A stretch of 64,000 nucleotides of DNA from Bacteroidales bacterium (GTDB taxonomy: Bacteria; Bacteroidota; Bacteroidia; Bacteroidales; UBA12077): NCBI GenBank assembly GCA_021108325.1, contig JAIORB010000133.1:1937-65936 (forward strand), written 5' to 3'. Below the pieces are notes generated by a model that worked only from the letters and a program-made list of their open reading frames with translations, had not been told where the DNA came from and did no database searches. The position numbers and the translations under genes were made by a program. Numbering within the stretch: position 1 is the stretch's first letter; each line of letters begins with the position of its first letter. Below are positions 16,894 to 28,224 of this stretch, one piece after another.

Positions 16894-19755
16894 ATGAAAA
16901 AGATAATTAAATGGTTCTTTCGAATTTTTCTCATCCTTATCGGTTTGATTATTATTTTATTAATAGTTATTCCAATGTTTTTTAAAGATGAGATGTTAAC
17001 CAAAGTTAAAGAAGAGATTAATAACAACGTAAATGCAAAAGTTGAATTTGCCGATTTTAAATTATCAATATTTAAGTCTTTTCCCGATTTAAATCTGGGT
17101 TTGCATGAAGTTTTAGTTACAGGTATAGATCATTTTGAAGGTGATACTTTAGTTTATTTCAAGTCATTTAATGTTCAGGTTGATTTGGTAAGTGCCATTA
17201 AAAAGAATGTTGTTGTTAAAGGAATTGTGCTAAACGAGCCATTTATTAATGGTATGGTTCTGGAAGACAGTACTGCTAACTGGGATATTACTAAACCTGT
17301 TGAAGAAATTCCGGACACAATAGCAGTTGAAGAAGAAGTAATTGAAGTGGATACGACGGCTGAAACAATGGATTACCGTGTTGATTTACAAAAGTTTCAA
17401 ATAAAAGATGCCATAATTAAATATAATGACGAAACATCAAACATGACAGCATCAATTGAAAATCTTAATTTTCTGGTTAAAGGAGATTTAGGGGTGGATT
17501 ACTCGGATATAACTATTAATACTTCCATCGATGCCATTAATGTTAAAATGGACGGAATTCGATACATGAAAAACGCTTCCTTTGGTTTTGATGCTACCAT
17601 TGGTGCCGATATGGAGAATATGATATTTACTTTTAAGGATAATTTATTTTCCTTGAATGATATAGCATTAGGTTTCGAAGGTGTAGTTGAAATGCTTGAA
17701 GAAGATATTAATGTAGATGTTAAATTTGGTACTAAAAAAACAAGTTTTAAATCATTACTATCGATGGTTCCTGCAATTTATATGAAAGGATTTGAAGAGC
17801 TAAAAACCTCAGGAAATCTTGCTTTAAGCGGTGATATAAAAGGGACATATAATGAAACACAAATGCCATCGGCTAATATCCGACTGCTTGTTGAAAATGC
17901 TATGTTTCAATATCCTGATTTGCCAAAATCAGTAGAAAATATAAATATAGACCTTGCTATATTTTACGATGGTGTTGTAGATGATAATACGAAAGTCGAT
18001 TTAAATATATTCCATGTTGAGCTGGCTGATAATCCTTTCGATATTGCCATGCACATTCGTACTCCATTTAGTGATCCGCATATTGAAGGTTCTGTTGATG
18101 CACATGTTATTTTAAATACTTTAACAGATGTATTGCCTTTAGAAGATATGAGTCTTGATGGAGAGATAACTGCCGATATTGATATTGCTGGTAATATGTC
18201 GACTATTGAAAACGAAAATTATGAAGATTTTAAAGCAACAGGTCAGTTGCAATTGAAAGATTTTATTTTCGAAAGCGATGATTTGCCGGCTGCTGTTAAG
18301 ATTATCGAAACGACATTTAATTTCACGCCTCAATATCTTGAACTAAAATCTTTTAAATCAGAAATAGGAGAGAGCGATTTTTGGTTAAATGGTAAAATTG
18401 AGAATTATATTTCGTATGCATTAAGCGATGGTACCCTAAAAGGTGATTTGTATTTTAAATCCACAAACATTAATGCTAATGAATTTATGACAGAAGAATC
18501 AGATACTGAAACTGATGTTACTGCAGAAGCCCAAAAATCAGAAGATATAGTTGCAGATACAACATCAACAATGGGTATAATTGAAGTGCCTGATAGAATT
18601 GATTTTAGATTAGTATCTACCCTGGATAAAATCCTTTATGATGACATGGAGATAACAAATTTAAAAGGCACATTCCTGGTGAAAGATAAGAAGGTAATTA
18701 TGGATAACTTAAATATGAATCTGTTGGATGGTAAGTTAGGTGTAAGTGGGGAATATAATACTCAGAATATTGAAAAGCCATCGACTACAATGGCATTAAA
18801 TATTCAGAATATCGAGATTGAGTCGGCTGTTAATTCTTTCAGTATGATCGAGAAATTAGCACCTATTTTAAAGAATTGTAAAGGAAAAGTATCTATTAAA
18901 TTTGATTATACCAGCTTACTTGATTCTACAATGAGTCCTATATTAAGCACAATTGAAGGTTATGGCAGAGTACAATCAAAAAGTATTCAGGTTGTAGATT
19001 CAAAAACATTCGATAAACTGGCTGATTTATTAAAATTAGGCGACAAGTTTAACAATGAGTTTGAAGATGTAAATATTAGTTTTAAAATTAAAAATGGCCG
19101 TATTACAGTCGAGCCGTTTGATATAAAAGTTGATGACATTAATATGCTTGTTGGTGGATCGCATGGTATTGATCAAACTCTGGATTATAACCTTGTTTTA
19201 ACTGTTCCTCGAAAATATTTTGGAACAGCGGCAAATGATGCTTTGGAAAGCCTGCTTGATGAAGCTGCTAAGAAAGGAGTGAAAATTGATGTATCTGAAA
19301 ATATAAAAGTAAAAGCTAAAGTTATAGGAACAACTACTGATCCTAAAATTACTTTAAACTACACAGATGATTCTGGAGATGCAGAACAAAGTTTAAAAGA
19401 TGAATTAAAGAAAAAAGCAAAAGAAGAATTAGAAAAAGAAGCAAGAAAGGAACTTGAAGCACAAGCACAAAAAGTTATTGATGATGCAGAGAAAGAAGCT
19501 GCTAAAATTAAGCGTGAAGCTCGTGTTGCAGCAGATAAAGCTTTAGCTGAAGGTAATAAACAGGCCGATGCATTAGTGAAAAAAGCTTCTAAAGAAGGTA
19601 TGTTGGCAAAAATTGCTGCTGAAAAAACTGCTGATGAACTAAAAAAGAAAGCAAAGAAAAAAGCAGATGACATTATAAAAGTTGCTGATAAAAAAGCTGA
19701 TAATATTGTAGCTAAGGCGAGAGTAAAAGCAGCTAATATTAAAAAAGGACAATAG
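16894..19755 (+). CDS. AsmA-family protein (N-terminal TM anchor, AsmA-like C-terminal region, Lys/Ala-rich helical tail)
   Basis: N-terminal TM; LSIFKSFPDL, GSHGIDQTLDY motifs of Bacteroidota AsmA-like proteins; start moved to ATG 16894. Confidence 0.8.
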   Translation: MKKIIKWFFRIFLILIGLIIILLIVIPMFFKDEMLTKVKEEINNNVNAKVEFADFKLSIFKSFPDLNLGLHEVLVTGIDHFEGDTLVYFKSFNVQVDLVSAIKKNVVVKGIVLNEPFINGMVLEDSTANWDITKPVEEIPDTIAVEEEVIEVDTTAETMDYRVDLQKFQIKDAIIKYNDETSNMTASIENLNFLVKGDLGVDYSDITINTSIDAINVKMDGIRYMKNASFGFDATIGADMENMIFTFKDNLFSLNDIALGFEGVVEMLEEDINVDVKFGTKKTSFKSLLSMVPAIYMKGFEELKTSGNLALSGDIKGTYNETQMPSANIRLLVENAMFQYPDLPKSVENINIDLAIFYDGVVDDNTKVDLNIFHVELADNPFDIAMHIRTPFSDPHIEGSVDAHVILNTLTDVLPLEDMSLDGEITADIDIAGNMSTIENENYEDFKATGQLQLKDFIFESDDLPAAVKIIETTFNFTPQYLELKSFKSEIGESDFWLNGKIENYISYALSDGTLKGDLYFKSTNINANEFMTEESDTETDVTAEAQKSEDIVADTTSTMGIIEVPDRIDFRLVSTLDKILYDDMEITNLKGTFLVKDKKVIMDNLNMNLLDGKLGVSGEYNTQNIEKPSTTMALNIQNIEIESAVNSFSMIEKLAPILKNCKGKVSIKFDYTSLLDSTMSPILSTIEGYGRVQSKSIQVVDSKTFDKLADLLKLGDKFNNEFEDVNISFKIKNGRITVEPFDIKVDDINMLVGGSHGIDQTLDYNLVLTVPRKYFGTAANDALESLLDEAAKKGVKIDVSENIKVKAKVIGTTTDPKITLNYTDDSGDAEQSLKDELKKKAKEELEKEARKELEAQAQKVIDDAEKEAAKIKREARVAADKALAEGNKQADALVKKASKEGMLAKIAAEKTADELKKKAKKKADDIIKVADKKADNIVAKARVKAANIKKGQ

Positions 19756-19771
19756 AGTAGAATATGTATAT

Positions 19772-19816
19772 AAAAAAAACCTTCCAGTCCCGATATCGGG
19801 AGGAAGGTTTTTTTTA
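19772..19816. terminator. Bidirectional terminator between AsmA and rplS, with a TCCCGATATCGGGA palindrome in its loop
   Basis: aaaaaaaaccttcc-ag[tcccgatatcggga]-ggaaggtttttttt. Confidence 0.8.
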
Positions 19817-19833
19817 TATGATAGAAATTAGAT

Positions 19834-20181
19834 TTAGAATCTCTTTTCTTTAATTCTTGCTTTTTTACCGGTTAAACTACGTAGGTAGAAAATTCTTGCT
19901 CTACGAACTCTACCATGTTTGTTAACTTCAATTTCTTCAATAAATGGAGAATTTACCGGAAATATTCTTTCAACACCAATACCTCCTGAAATTTTTCTTA
20001 CTGTAAAAGTTTCATTATGTCCGGGACTTCTTCTTTGAAGAACTACACCTTTATAATTTTGGATTCTTTCTTTGTTACCCTCTTTAATTTTATAGTGAAC
20101 AGTAACAGTATCGCCAGCTTTAAATTCAGGAAATTCCTTTTTTACAGCGAATTCATTTTCAACAACTTTCATTAAATCCAT
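19834..20181 (-). CDS. rplS: 50S ribosomal protein L19
   Basis: [25 protein letters not shown]...[18 protein letters not shown]...[12 protein letters not shown]. Confidence 0.98.
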   Translation of the reverse strand: MDLMKVVENEFAVKKEFPEFKAGDTVTVHYKIKEGNKERIQNYKGVVLQRRSPGHNETFTVRKISGGIGVERIFPVNSPFIEEIEVNKHGRVRRARIFYLRSLTGKKARIKEKRF

Positions 20182-20665
20182 CCTGATATACTATTTTTAA
20201 ATTTTGTATTCGATTTTAACAGAGCGCAATATTACGAATATTTTTTGATAATTAATAATTTTTTTATTTAAAAATTGCCAGATATTTCAAAATATCTATC
20301 GCTTTGCAAAATACAAATATCTTAATAATTTAATAATCAGCAAAATATTATCTGGATTAATATTTTAACTTCATTAATGTTTTGATATATAGTAATTTGT
20401 AGTATTGTAAGTAATTTGCGAATAGGGCTTGAAAATAAGAATCTTTGAAATATTCTTAATTGACTATAAATGACTTTTTGTTATATATTGAAAATTGTTG
20501 TGGAATGTTGGAAGGATGGAATATTGAAGGGAGTGAGTGTAATTGTTAATAGTATTCTTTCCATGATTCCTCCCGAAAACTTTTGGGATTCCATTATTCC
20601 CATTCTTGAGATGTTTTTATGAATATACCTTTTTAGAGGGTAGGTTGGTTATTGATATTTACATT

Positions 20666-21673
20666 TTACTTTATTGGAAAATATACTCTTGTTTCCCATT
20701 TACTTTGATCAGGCTCTTGCATTGGATCTGTGATATAAACTTCCCAGGGCGAACCAATAATTTCAAGACCATTTTCGGTTATATACTTTTGCAATGCTCC
20801 GTAAGTTGTTTTTACAGTATTGAAATGTCCAAAATGAGATGCCACTATAGTTTTGCTGGCAGGTAATTCAATAAATTTTATATTTTCTTTTCCTGTTATT
20901 TCTTTATTAATAGGAAGTCCGCATTCAAGCATTGTATGTCCTTCAACTTTGCACGCATGGTAAATAGCAAACGGAGATCCTGTCATTTCAATATTATTAT
21001 TCTTTAAATAAGCCATAAGAGTTGTGTACATATCAAACATTTTACTGCTTAATTTATCCATTGCACATTGCTCTTTTATTGTTACAGCAAGTAAGCCTTC
21101 AAAATAGGTTTCCTTAATTTTACCAGTTCGTCCGGTCAAATCCGGTAAGCTTTCAACTAGTGATTTAAAATTGCTTAAACCTTTTTCAAACTGCGAACCT
21201 AAGGATTTATCCATAAATAATCCAAACCATTTTTCTATAGGATAAGATAAGGTTCTTTCAAGAGCCCAAATTATTTTAGTGCCTTTATCTGTTTTAATAA
21301 AGTTCCATATAACATCCGATTCCATACTTTGAGGCGCAATAAATTCAATTTTAGATTTTATTAGTTCATTTGGTACAAACTCTTTAATTGTAATTTTACC
21401 TTCTCCGATTATTTCTCCTTTCCATGAATATCCGGAACCTATTACTTTAGGTGTCATTTGAACATTCATTTCTGCTTCAGGATCTGTCTCAATCCATGGA
21501 TCCCATTTGGCTCTTTGGTTCATATCGACAGCAGTTTGAAAAACAATATTAACTGGTTTTTCTACAACAGTAGATCTTTCAATATGAAAATTTGATGGTA
21601 AAAACAAAGGAATAATTAAGAAAAGGGCAATAATAATTAATATAATTATGCCAAGCCATTTTAAGAATTTCAT
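20666..21673 (-). CDS. SRPBCC (polyketide cyclase-like) plus GyrI-like small-molecule-binding domain protein
   Basis: N-terminal TM, FHIERS...WDPW...GSGYSWKG...FEKGLSNFK (SRPBCC); C-terminal HFGHF...WEVYITDP...WETRVYFPI (GyrI-like). Confidence 0.85.
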   Translation of the reverse strand: MKFLKWLGIIILIIIALFLIIPLFLPSNFHIERSTVVEKPVNIVFQTAVDMNQRAKWDPWIETDPEAEMNVQMTPKVIGSGYSWKGEIIGEGKITIKEFVPNELIKSKIEFIAPQSMESDVIWNFIKTDKGTKIIWALERTLSYPIEKWFGLFMDKSLGSQFEKGLSNFKSLVESLPDLTGRTGKIKETYFEGLLAVTIKEQCAMDKLSSKMFDMYTTLMAYLKNNNIEMTGSPFAIYHACKVEGHTMLECGLPINKEITGKENIKFIELPASKTIVASHFGHFNTVKTTYGALQKYITENGLEIIGSPWEVYITDPMQEPDQSKWETRVYFPIK

Positions 21674-21752
21674 GATTTATGGATTTAAAAGGTTTTTATC
21701 AAATTTACTAATATTAATAACAAAAATCCAGTATAAATTGTTTGGGGTAAAC

Positions 21753-21784
21753 AAAAAAAACCGCTGATTTTCAGCGGTTCTTTT
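21753..21784 (-). terminator. Rho-independent terminator after the dipeptidase
   Basis: aaaaaaaaccgctga-ttt-tcagcggttctttt. Confidence 0.75.
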
Positions 21785-21844
21785 ATATTATATATTTTAC
21801 GGTATTTAATCAGTCATTAGTCTAACCCTTAAAACTTAAACCTT

Positions 21845-23518
21845 CTAGTGTCCGGCTTCACCTTTTACTTTAAATTTATCTCCTGTTTCCTGTATAATGA
21901 GTTTATACCATTCTTCTCCATAACCAGGATATTGCACCTTAGGAGTAATATATATATTACTTTCAGGAACAGGTCTTGCTTCTTTTAAATTACCATCTAA
22001 GAATTTGGTAAATAAGTGAGCATAAAGCTTTTTCCATGTATATACAGTTTTATTTCCCTGATCAACTGAATAATTTGTAATAAATGCAACAGCTTGTTCA
22101 GGATTGCTTTTATACATTTCTGCAGCTGCTTTATCAATACCTTTTACTTGTTCAATATATCCTAATTCAAGTTTGTCTTGTACTTTCTGAATATCAGGAA
22201 GCATTGCTGAATATCTTGTATATGCAAAATTAGAAACCTGGTTAAATACCCAGAAAGCAGCATTATCGCTATACTCCATTATTGATCCATTACCTACAGC
22301 ATAAGTTTCAGGAACTTCAGTCATACCACAATACATTGGGTTGTAAACAGTTGAATAAGCATCATCAACACTAAACCAAATAATTCCTCCAATAGGATCT
22401 GGTAACCAGTTACGGCTTTGTGTTACAAATGAAAAACCTGTTTGCTGTGTTGAAGTTGCTCTTTCGTTAAAATATTGTTGTCCTTCAACTTTCCAGTATA
22501 AAGGTCTCCATCGAACGATTGAATTATACGGACCGGCTCCAACATCTTTTGTCATGTCCATTGGAGTATTTTGATAGTAATCTCTCATTAAACCCATTAC
22601 ATCACGAACAGATAATTTTTTATCAGGTTTAATCCATAATGGCATTCTGTTCTCAAGATTTTCTCCCATTGCATAATCAAGATATTGACTCATGTTGCTA
22701 TTTACTCTGTTGAAAGCAGCAAAAACGCGAGCTTCACAAAATCTAGCACCACCAAAATCTAGTGGAGCATAGATATCAGAGAAACTAAAATCTTTATCTT
22801 TTCCATCAAAATATCCCATTTCACGCGCAAATGATATTACATCAGGAGAATGATATGTTGTTTGATTTGGATCGTTAAAGTTATTTTCTTTCTTGAAAGG
22901 GAAAGTCGTTATACGTGCATGGTTAGCATGACCTGAAATATATCCGTCAGGAATCTGACGAGCAACCCATACAGCTCCTGTAATACCGGGGCCTTTTCCG
23001 ATTAATTCCATAATCCAAACTTCGTTAGGATCAGAAATTGAGAATGATTCTCCTGTACTGGCATAACCATATCTTTTTACAAGATTCGCCATTATTTTGA
23101 TAGCTTCTCGTGCAGTTCTTGCTCTCTGTAATGCAATATAAATTAAACTTCCATAATCAACTATACCAGTGGAATCTTGTAATTCTTTTCGCCCGGTATA
23201 AGTTGTTTCACCTATTGCCACTTGATTTTCATTAATATTTCCAATAACATTATAGGTATGTTCAACTTGTTCAATTTCACCTAAGTATTTACCGGTATCC
23301 CATTCGTAAACTTTTAACATTGTACCTTTAGGATAATCTGCTGCAGGCCAATGGTATAATTCTCCGTATAAAACATGAGAATCAGCAGCATAGGTAATCA
23401 TGGTTGAGCCATCTGCTGAAGCACCCTTGGTGATTAAGAAGTTTGTACAAGCAAAGCTTGTATTTATCAGTAGAACTGATAGTAGAGTTAACGTAATAGT
23501 TAAAAATGTTTTTTTCAT
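21845..23518 (-). CDS. Peptidase family C69 dipeptidase (Ntn hydrolase)
   Basis: Signal peptide followed by the N-terminal nucleophile ACTNFLITKGASADGS..YAADSH; NENQVAIGETT; RFCEARV. Confidence 0.92.
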   Translation of the reverse strand: MKKTFLTITLTLLSVLLINTSFACTNFLITKGASADGSTMITYAADSHVLYGELYHWPAADYPKGTMLKVYEWDTGKYLGEIEQVEHTYNVIGNINENQVAIGETTYTGRKELQDSTGIVDYGSLIYIALQRARTAREAIKIMANLVKRYGYASTGESFSISDPNEVWIMELIGKGPGITGAVWVARQIPDGYISGHANHARITTFPFKKENNFNDPNQTTYHSPDVISFAREMGYFDGKDKDFSFSDIYAPLDFGGARFCEARVFAAFNRVNSNMSQYLDYAMGENLENRMPLWIKPDKKLSVRDVMGLMRDYYQNTPMDMTKDVGAGPYNSIVRWRPLYWKVEGQQYFNERATSTQQTGFSFVTQSRNWLPDPIGGIIWFSVDDAYSTVYNPMYCGMTEVPETYAVGNGSIMEYSDNAAFWVFNQVSNFAYTRYSAMLPDIQKVQDKLELGYIEQVKGIDKAAAEMYKSNPEQAVAFITNYSVDQGNKTVYTWKKLYAHLFTKFLDGNLKEARPVPESNIYITPKVQYPGYGEEWYKLIIQETGDKFKVKGEAGH

Positions 23519-23607
23519 AGTTAATTTATTATTTGTTATTTATTTATAGTTAAAACATAAGTCTGACAAAAATAGAAAAATAATTAAACTAAAAAAGTTA
23601 AAATGAT

Positions 23608-24747
23608 TTACATCATTAACTCAACAATTTTAATTCTGTCTTCATCAGAAAACTCATGATACATACCATTAATTTTTGTTTTAAGCATTTGTTCAGTAAT
23701 TTTCTTTTGCTTTTCTTTTCCAATGTTAATATCTGATAGTTTTACAGGGCAGTCAATAGATTTAAAAAACTTTTCAAGATTTTCAATAGTTTCATCTACA
23801 GAGTTTGTTCCGAATAACTGATTTCCTAATTTTTTAATTCTTTCAGGAATTCTTTCTTTTTGAAGTTTTAGCCATGCCGGATAAGCAATAGAAAGTGTCG
23901 CACCGTGAGGTGTATCATAAAGATACGAAATATTATGGCCAATATCATGTACACCCCAGTCACCATTTTTTCTTCCGTAATTGGTCATCCCGTTTAAAGC
24001 TGTTGTTGCTGCCCACATAATATTTGCACGATACTCATAGTTTTCAAGATCTTTTAAAAGCAAAGGCCCGTATTCCATAGCCTCTTTTATAATTACTTCT
24101 ACAAAACGATCGGATAGGGAGGCTTCACCTTCACCAAAGTACGCTTCTAAGGTGTGAGCAATTAAATCAACAATACCGTAAGCTGTATAATTTTTTGGCA
24201 CCGAGTAAGTAAATTCAGGATCAAGAAACGAATGTTTAGGGTAATTTAATGATGACACATATCCGATTTTTTCGCCGGTTTCGTGATTTTGCAATACTGC
24301 TGCACCATTCATTTCAGTACCCGTTGCAGCCAATGTTAAAACTGCAATTAAAGGTTTTGTTATTTCAGGTTTTGCTTTATATTTCATTATCGCCCACGGA
24401 TCAGTACTATTTGCAATTGCTAAAGCGGTTATTTTAGCCGAATCAATTACACTGCCTCCACCTACAGCAACAATAACATCAATATTGTTAAGTATACCAA
24501 TTTGTGCTGCTTCTGAAACATCATCAACCAGTGGGTTTGGTTTAATTCCTGAATACTCGAAAACTTCAGCATTAATCGATTTTAACTGAACTATTATTTT
24601 ATTGTAAATGCCATTTTTTTGAATTGAACCTTTTCCATACATTAATAATACCCGTTTACCGTATTCCAGTACAGTTTCACCAAGACTGTCAGTTACATTT
24701 CTACCAAAATGGAGTTTTGTTGGATTATATGCAGTAAAATTTTCCAT
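23608..24747 (-). CDS. Iron-containing alcohol dehydrogenase (NAD(P)H-dependent butanol dehydrogenase/YqhD-like)
   Basis: NFTAYNPTKLHFG, AVGGGSVIDSAK, LTLAATGTEMN, metal ligands D..H, H.IGH, PHGATL. Confidence 0.92.
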   Translation of the reverse strand: MENFTAYNPTKLHFGRNVTDSLGETVLEYGKRVLLMYGKGSIQKNGIYNKIIVQLKSINAEVFEYSGIKPNPLVDDVSEAAQIGILNNIDVIVAVGGGSVIDSAKITALAIANSTDPWAIMKYKAKPEITKPLIAVLTLAATGTEMNGAAVLQNHETGEKIGYVSSLNYPKHSFLDPEFTYSVPKNYTAYGIVDLIAHTLEAYFGEGEASLSDRFVEVIIKEAMEYGPLLLKDLENYEYRANIMWAATTALNGMTNYGRKNGDWGVHDIGHNISYLYDTPHGATLSIAYPAWLKLQKERIPERIKKLGNQLFGTNSVDETIENLEKFFKSIDCPVKLSDINIGKEKQKKITEQMLKTKINGMYHEFSDEDRIKIVELMM

Positions 24748-24857
24748 GTTATTTAATGTTCTGTTTTATAAATGATCAATTGAAAGTTTATTTGTAGCAA
24801 TTTTAGTTTAGATATTCTATAAGACAAAATATCAACGGAAAAGTTTAAGATAAGATT

Positions 24858-25913
24858 TTATGATAAGTGAATTAATCCTGAAGAAGAATCTTTTCTGGCT
24901 CCAGTTACTGATGATAAACAATTTACCTGATTTTTAAATCTGAGAATTCCCAAAAAAGCAAAAATTAGTGCTTCTTTATATTCAATAATATTTTTATCAG
25001 GAATTATGATTTCAGATTTTGTCTTTTGTGTTATTAATTCAACTAAGTAACTATTGTAAGCGCCACCTCCGGTTATCAGGGTTTTATATTTACTCTCGTT
25101 AGGTAATGCTCCGGAAATTTGTTGAGCTATATGTTCATATACAGTACTGAGCTGGTCAATCAAAGGAACTTTAGATTTTGCAAGAACAGGAATAAATGTG
25201 GAATCGAGCCATTCTTTTCCCAATGATTTGGGATAGGGGTGTTCGTAGTAATTAATACTGTTTAATTTTTTTAATAGCTCCTGACTTACATTTCCTGATT
25301 GTCCTAATTTACCATCTTTATCGAATGTATGATTTAATTTCTGTGCTAAAAAATTGAGAATAATGTTAGCCGGACAAATATCATATGCAAGCCGGGTATT
25401 GTTTTCACTAAAAGAAATATTTGCGAATCCACCAATATTTAAACAATAGTCATATTCCGGAAAAAGTAATTCGTCGCCAACCGGAACCAGAGGGGCTCCT
25501 TGTCCGCCTAAAGCAACATCTAATGATCTGAAATCAGAAATAGTTGTAATACCTGTTACAGCGGCAATTTCTGCTCCATCACCAATTTGTAATGTAAGTT
25601 TTTTCGCTGGTTGATGAAAAACGGTATGTCCATGCGATGAAACAAAATCAACTGTTTCATTAGTATTATCCATAAATTGATTAATGGATTGTCCAATAAA
25701 TCGACCGTATTCTTTATGAAGTAGGAGTAAGTCTATACCTGATAATACCTGTGCTTTAGAAAGGTTTTCTTTCCAGTATGCATTATATTCAATTGTTTCC
25801 GATTCAAGAATTTCAAATTCCCAGTTATTGTTAAAAACAAACTTACATAAAACAATGTCAAGTCCATCTAATGATGTGCCTGACATAACTCCAATAACCT
25901 GATACGATTGCAT
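24858..25913 (-). CDS. anmK: Anhydro-N-acetylmuramic acid kinase
   Basis: IGVMSGTSLDGLD, SHGHTVFHQP, DFRSLDVALGGQGAPLVP, LNIGGFANIS, GGGAYN, KEALIFA; start at ATG 25913. Confidence 0.95.
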   Translation of the reverse strand: MQSYQVIGVMSGTSLDGLDIVLCKFVFNNNWEFEILESETIEYNAYWKENLSKAQVLSGIDLLLLHKEYGRFIGQSINQFMDNTNETVDFVSSHGHTVFHQPAKKLTLQIGDGAEIAAVTGITTISDFRSLDVALGGQGAPLVPVGDELLFPEYDYCLNIGGFANISFSENNTRLAYDICPANIILNFLAQKLNHTFDKDGKLGQSGNVSQELLKKLNSINYYEHPYPKSLGKEWLDSTFIPVLAKSKVPLIDQLSTVYEHIAQQISGALPNESKYKTLITGGGAYNSYLVELITQKTKSEIIIPDKNIIEYKEALIFAFLGILRFKNQVNCLSSVTGARKDSSSGLIHLS

Positions 25914-25914
25914 A

Positions 25915-26616
25915 TTATTTGTTGTAGTGATCTTGAATGGCATTATGAATTGCACGATCAAGCATTAAATAAAGATTGTCTGTTTGTTGATCTTCTGCAG
26001 GTAAAATAGTCATTTCAGTATTATCAAATCCTTTAAGTAAATACTCATTTATTGCCAGTGGATATTTAGGAGTTGTTACGCCAATCCATTTTGCAACGGG
26101 TATAATACCTTCATTATTATATACTGTAATTTCAATACTTAATTGTGGATAAGTAACAGAGTAATCAATGTCTTCAAATATTTCGGGGTTTTCATCTTTT
26201 TTCTTTTTGGTTAGCGATTCGAGATGAGCCTCAACTTTAAAATAAAATCGCGAATTGCCTTTTCGTAAAGCTTCCCTTATGTTGGAATTTGGATAGCCAT
26301 AATCATCATATTTAACATTTCGCATAAAAGTATTAATTGGAAGAATCTCCATTTCAAGTTCTTGTCCAAGTTTTTCTTTTAGGTTATAGTAAATGATATG
26401 AACTAAAATAGCTTTTAATTTTTCATTGCCAGGGTCATTGTATGTTTTAATATTATCAATAAATGATTCAAGTTCATTAACTTCCTCGGCAAAATCTTTT
26501 GATACTGATAAATTGTAATTAAAAAGGGCAAATTGTTTATTCTTTATATTTTGTGCATAAACACTAACACTTAGAAAGAAGACAAGAAAAAATAATACGT
26601 ATTTTTTAGTAAACAT
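25915..26616 (-). CDS. Hypothetical secreted protein
   Basis: 233-aa ORF with signal peptide (VYA|Q); lies directly upstream of anmK. Confidence 0.7.
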   Translation of the reverse strand: MFTKKYVLFFLVFFLSVSVYAQNIKNKQFALFNYNLSVSKDFAEEVNELESFIDNIKTYNDPGNEKLKAILVHIIYYNLKEKLGQELEMEILPINTFMRNVKYDDYGYPNSNIREALRKGNSRFYFKVEAHLESLTKKKKDENPEIFEDIDYSVTYPQLSIEITVYNNEGIIPVAKWIGVTTPKYPLAINEYLLKGFDNTEMTILPAEDQQTDNLYLMLDRAIHNAIQDHYNK

Positions 26617-26733
26617 AAGATAAAATTTAGCTTGTTAAAATAACGGATTAATTAAGGTATAGTACAAAGTTATAAATTAAACAATTACTTTCTTTTAAAA
26701 ACTAAATTTTTTTATCAATGGATTCAGTCTAAA

Positions 26734-26815
26734 AACCCTGCCAGAGTTTTACTAATAGATTGCAATTTACATTATCTAAATTAAGAGCTTTAACAAAAAT
26801 AACTCTGGCAGGGTT
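26734..26815. repeat. Inverted repeat aaccctgccagagtt / aactctggcagggtt (REP-like)
   Basis: Perfect 15-bp arms about 52 bp apart; arms resemble 16728-16760. Confidence 0.55.
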
Positions 26816-26882
26816 AGTAATCTGAATTTCTTTTGTTTATACTAACTTGTCAAATGTAAATCAGCAATAACAAATTATCATT

Positions 26883-28133
26883 TTAAAAATTATATTTAAG
26901 TTTTGCATATATCATAGAATTATCCTTGTATTGTCCGAAGCGGCCATCAGAATCTCCAACAAAAATATTTGATCCTAAAAGGATTGAAAAACTATCGTCA
27001 AAATCGTATGATATTTTCGGACGAATTAAAGCATCATTGTATGTTAATCCAATATATGAGAATAATTCAAGATGAAGAGTTTCACGTAATAAATCGTATC
27101 TGGCTAAAAATGTCATTGTATTCTCAGCTTCTTCATTTAAAATATTTTTATCATAATCGAGTATTGTTTGTTGTATAAACTGTGTGCTTAAGTTTACACC
27201 ACCGATAATAAAATCTAAGCCGACTAAATAGTGCAAATAATCTTTCTGAATAATTGATTCTAATTGTAACGGATCTTCAGTCTGGAAATATTTGCCATTA
27301 TAGTAAGCAGCTTCTCCGCGTAAGATAATACCTTTAATTTCAGTACTAAAAGAACCTCCTCCAACAGATAAACGATGATGTTCAGGAGTGATATTTAATC
27401 CTGTTAAAACAGGACTTCCAGATGACATATCAAACTGTTTTTCGACATGCATTGTTGGATAATCATCCCAGGTGTATGCTCCCATAATTTCAAAATCAAT
27501 TTTTGATGTCATAGTTGAGTATTTTACAAATATTTCACTGTTTTCGAGACTTGGGTCTATATCCTGTTTTGAATAATCAAAACTTGGAGCTACCGGAAAA
27601 TCAGGTGCTACATACCATATTGAACTTGTAGAAGGAGTTTCTGTAGGAGTAATTATTGGCATCCAGATAACCTCAAATGTACTATTTCCAATGTAATAGT
27701 CGAACTTAGTTGCAATAACTCCGGTTCTTATTTCGTCAAAATCGGGTAAAAGAAATTCGGTAAGATTCAAAGGAGAAACAATATCTGTAATAAAAACACC
27801 ATCGGCTTTTCCCCAAACAACTTGTTGTTTACCAATACGTAAATCGAAATTTGTAAAATACAAATCCAGATAAAGTTCTCTTAATCGTAAATCTAAACTA
27901 TCTGCATTATAATGATAAAGCATCGGATTTGCTTTAAAAGCAATCTTATCTCCTGATTTGGTAATATTCAGATTTAGGGTGTTTTGCAGTATAGCAAAAT
28001 CTCCGTTATCGTATAAAACACCTGTATAGTTCCTTACAAATCCTGAAAGATCGGGATTTTGAGCTATTGTAAATTGACTTGCTATTAAAAGTAATATCAG
28101 TATTAGTCCTTTTGTTCTCATTTTATTTATCAT
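26883..28133 (-). CDS. Outer membrane beta-barrel protein (DUF1302-like)
   Basis: Signal peptide; LRELYLD...DLRIGKQQVVWGKADG...D; C-terminal KLKYNF. Start at 28133 or 28121. Confidence 0.75.
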   Translation of the reverse strand: MINKMRTKGLILILLLIASQFTIAQNPDLSGFVRNYTGVLYDNGDFAILQNTLNLNITKSGDKIAFKANPMLYHYNADSLDLRLRELYLDLYFTNFDLRIGKQQVVWGKADGVFITDIVSPLNLTEFLLPDFDEIRTGVIATKFDYYIGNSTFEVIWMPIITPTETPSTSSIWYVAPDFPVAPSFDYSKQDIDPSLENSEIFVKYSTMTSKIDFEIMGAYTWDDYPTMHVEKQFDMSSGSPVLTGLNITPEHHRLSVGGGSFSTEIKGIILRGEAAYYNGKYFQTEDPLQLESIIQKDYLHYLVGLDFIIGGVNLSTQFIQQTILDYDKNILNEEAENTMTFLARYDLLRETLHLELFSYIGLTYNDALIRPKISYDFDDSFSILLGSNIFVGDSDGRFGQYKDNSMIYAKLKYNF

Positions 28134-28157
28134 GTTTTTGATTTGTAGGTTTGATAT

Positions 28158-28192
28158 TAGCTTTTCCAAAGTTTTAAACTTTGAAAAAGCTA
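28158..28192. repeat. REP-like palindrome with GTTTTAAAC centre
   Basis: tagcttttccaaa-gttttaaac-tttgaaaaagcta. Confidence 0.5.
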
Positions 28193-28224
28193 CAAATATT
28201 CAATAATCATTAATAAATAATCAA

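Noticed and set aside
19359-19673. Ser/Ala/Phe-rich 104-aa minus-strand ORF
   Set aside because: Antisense shadow of the Lys/Ala/Glu-rich AsmA tail.
20606-20866. 86-aa plus-strand ORF
   Set aside because: It overlaps the 3' end of the SRPBCC/GyrI gene on the opposite strand, starts at TTG and has no motif.
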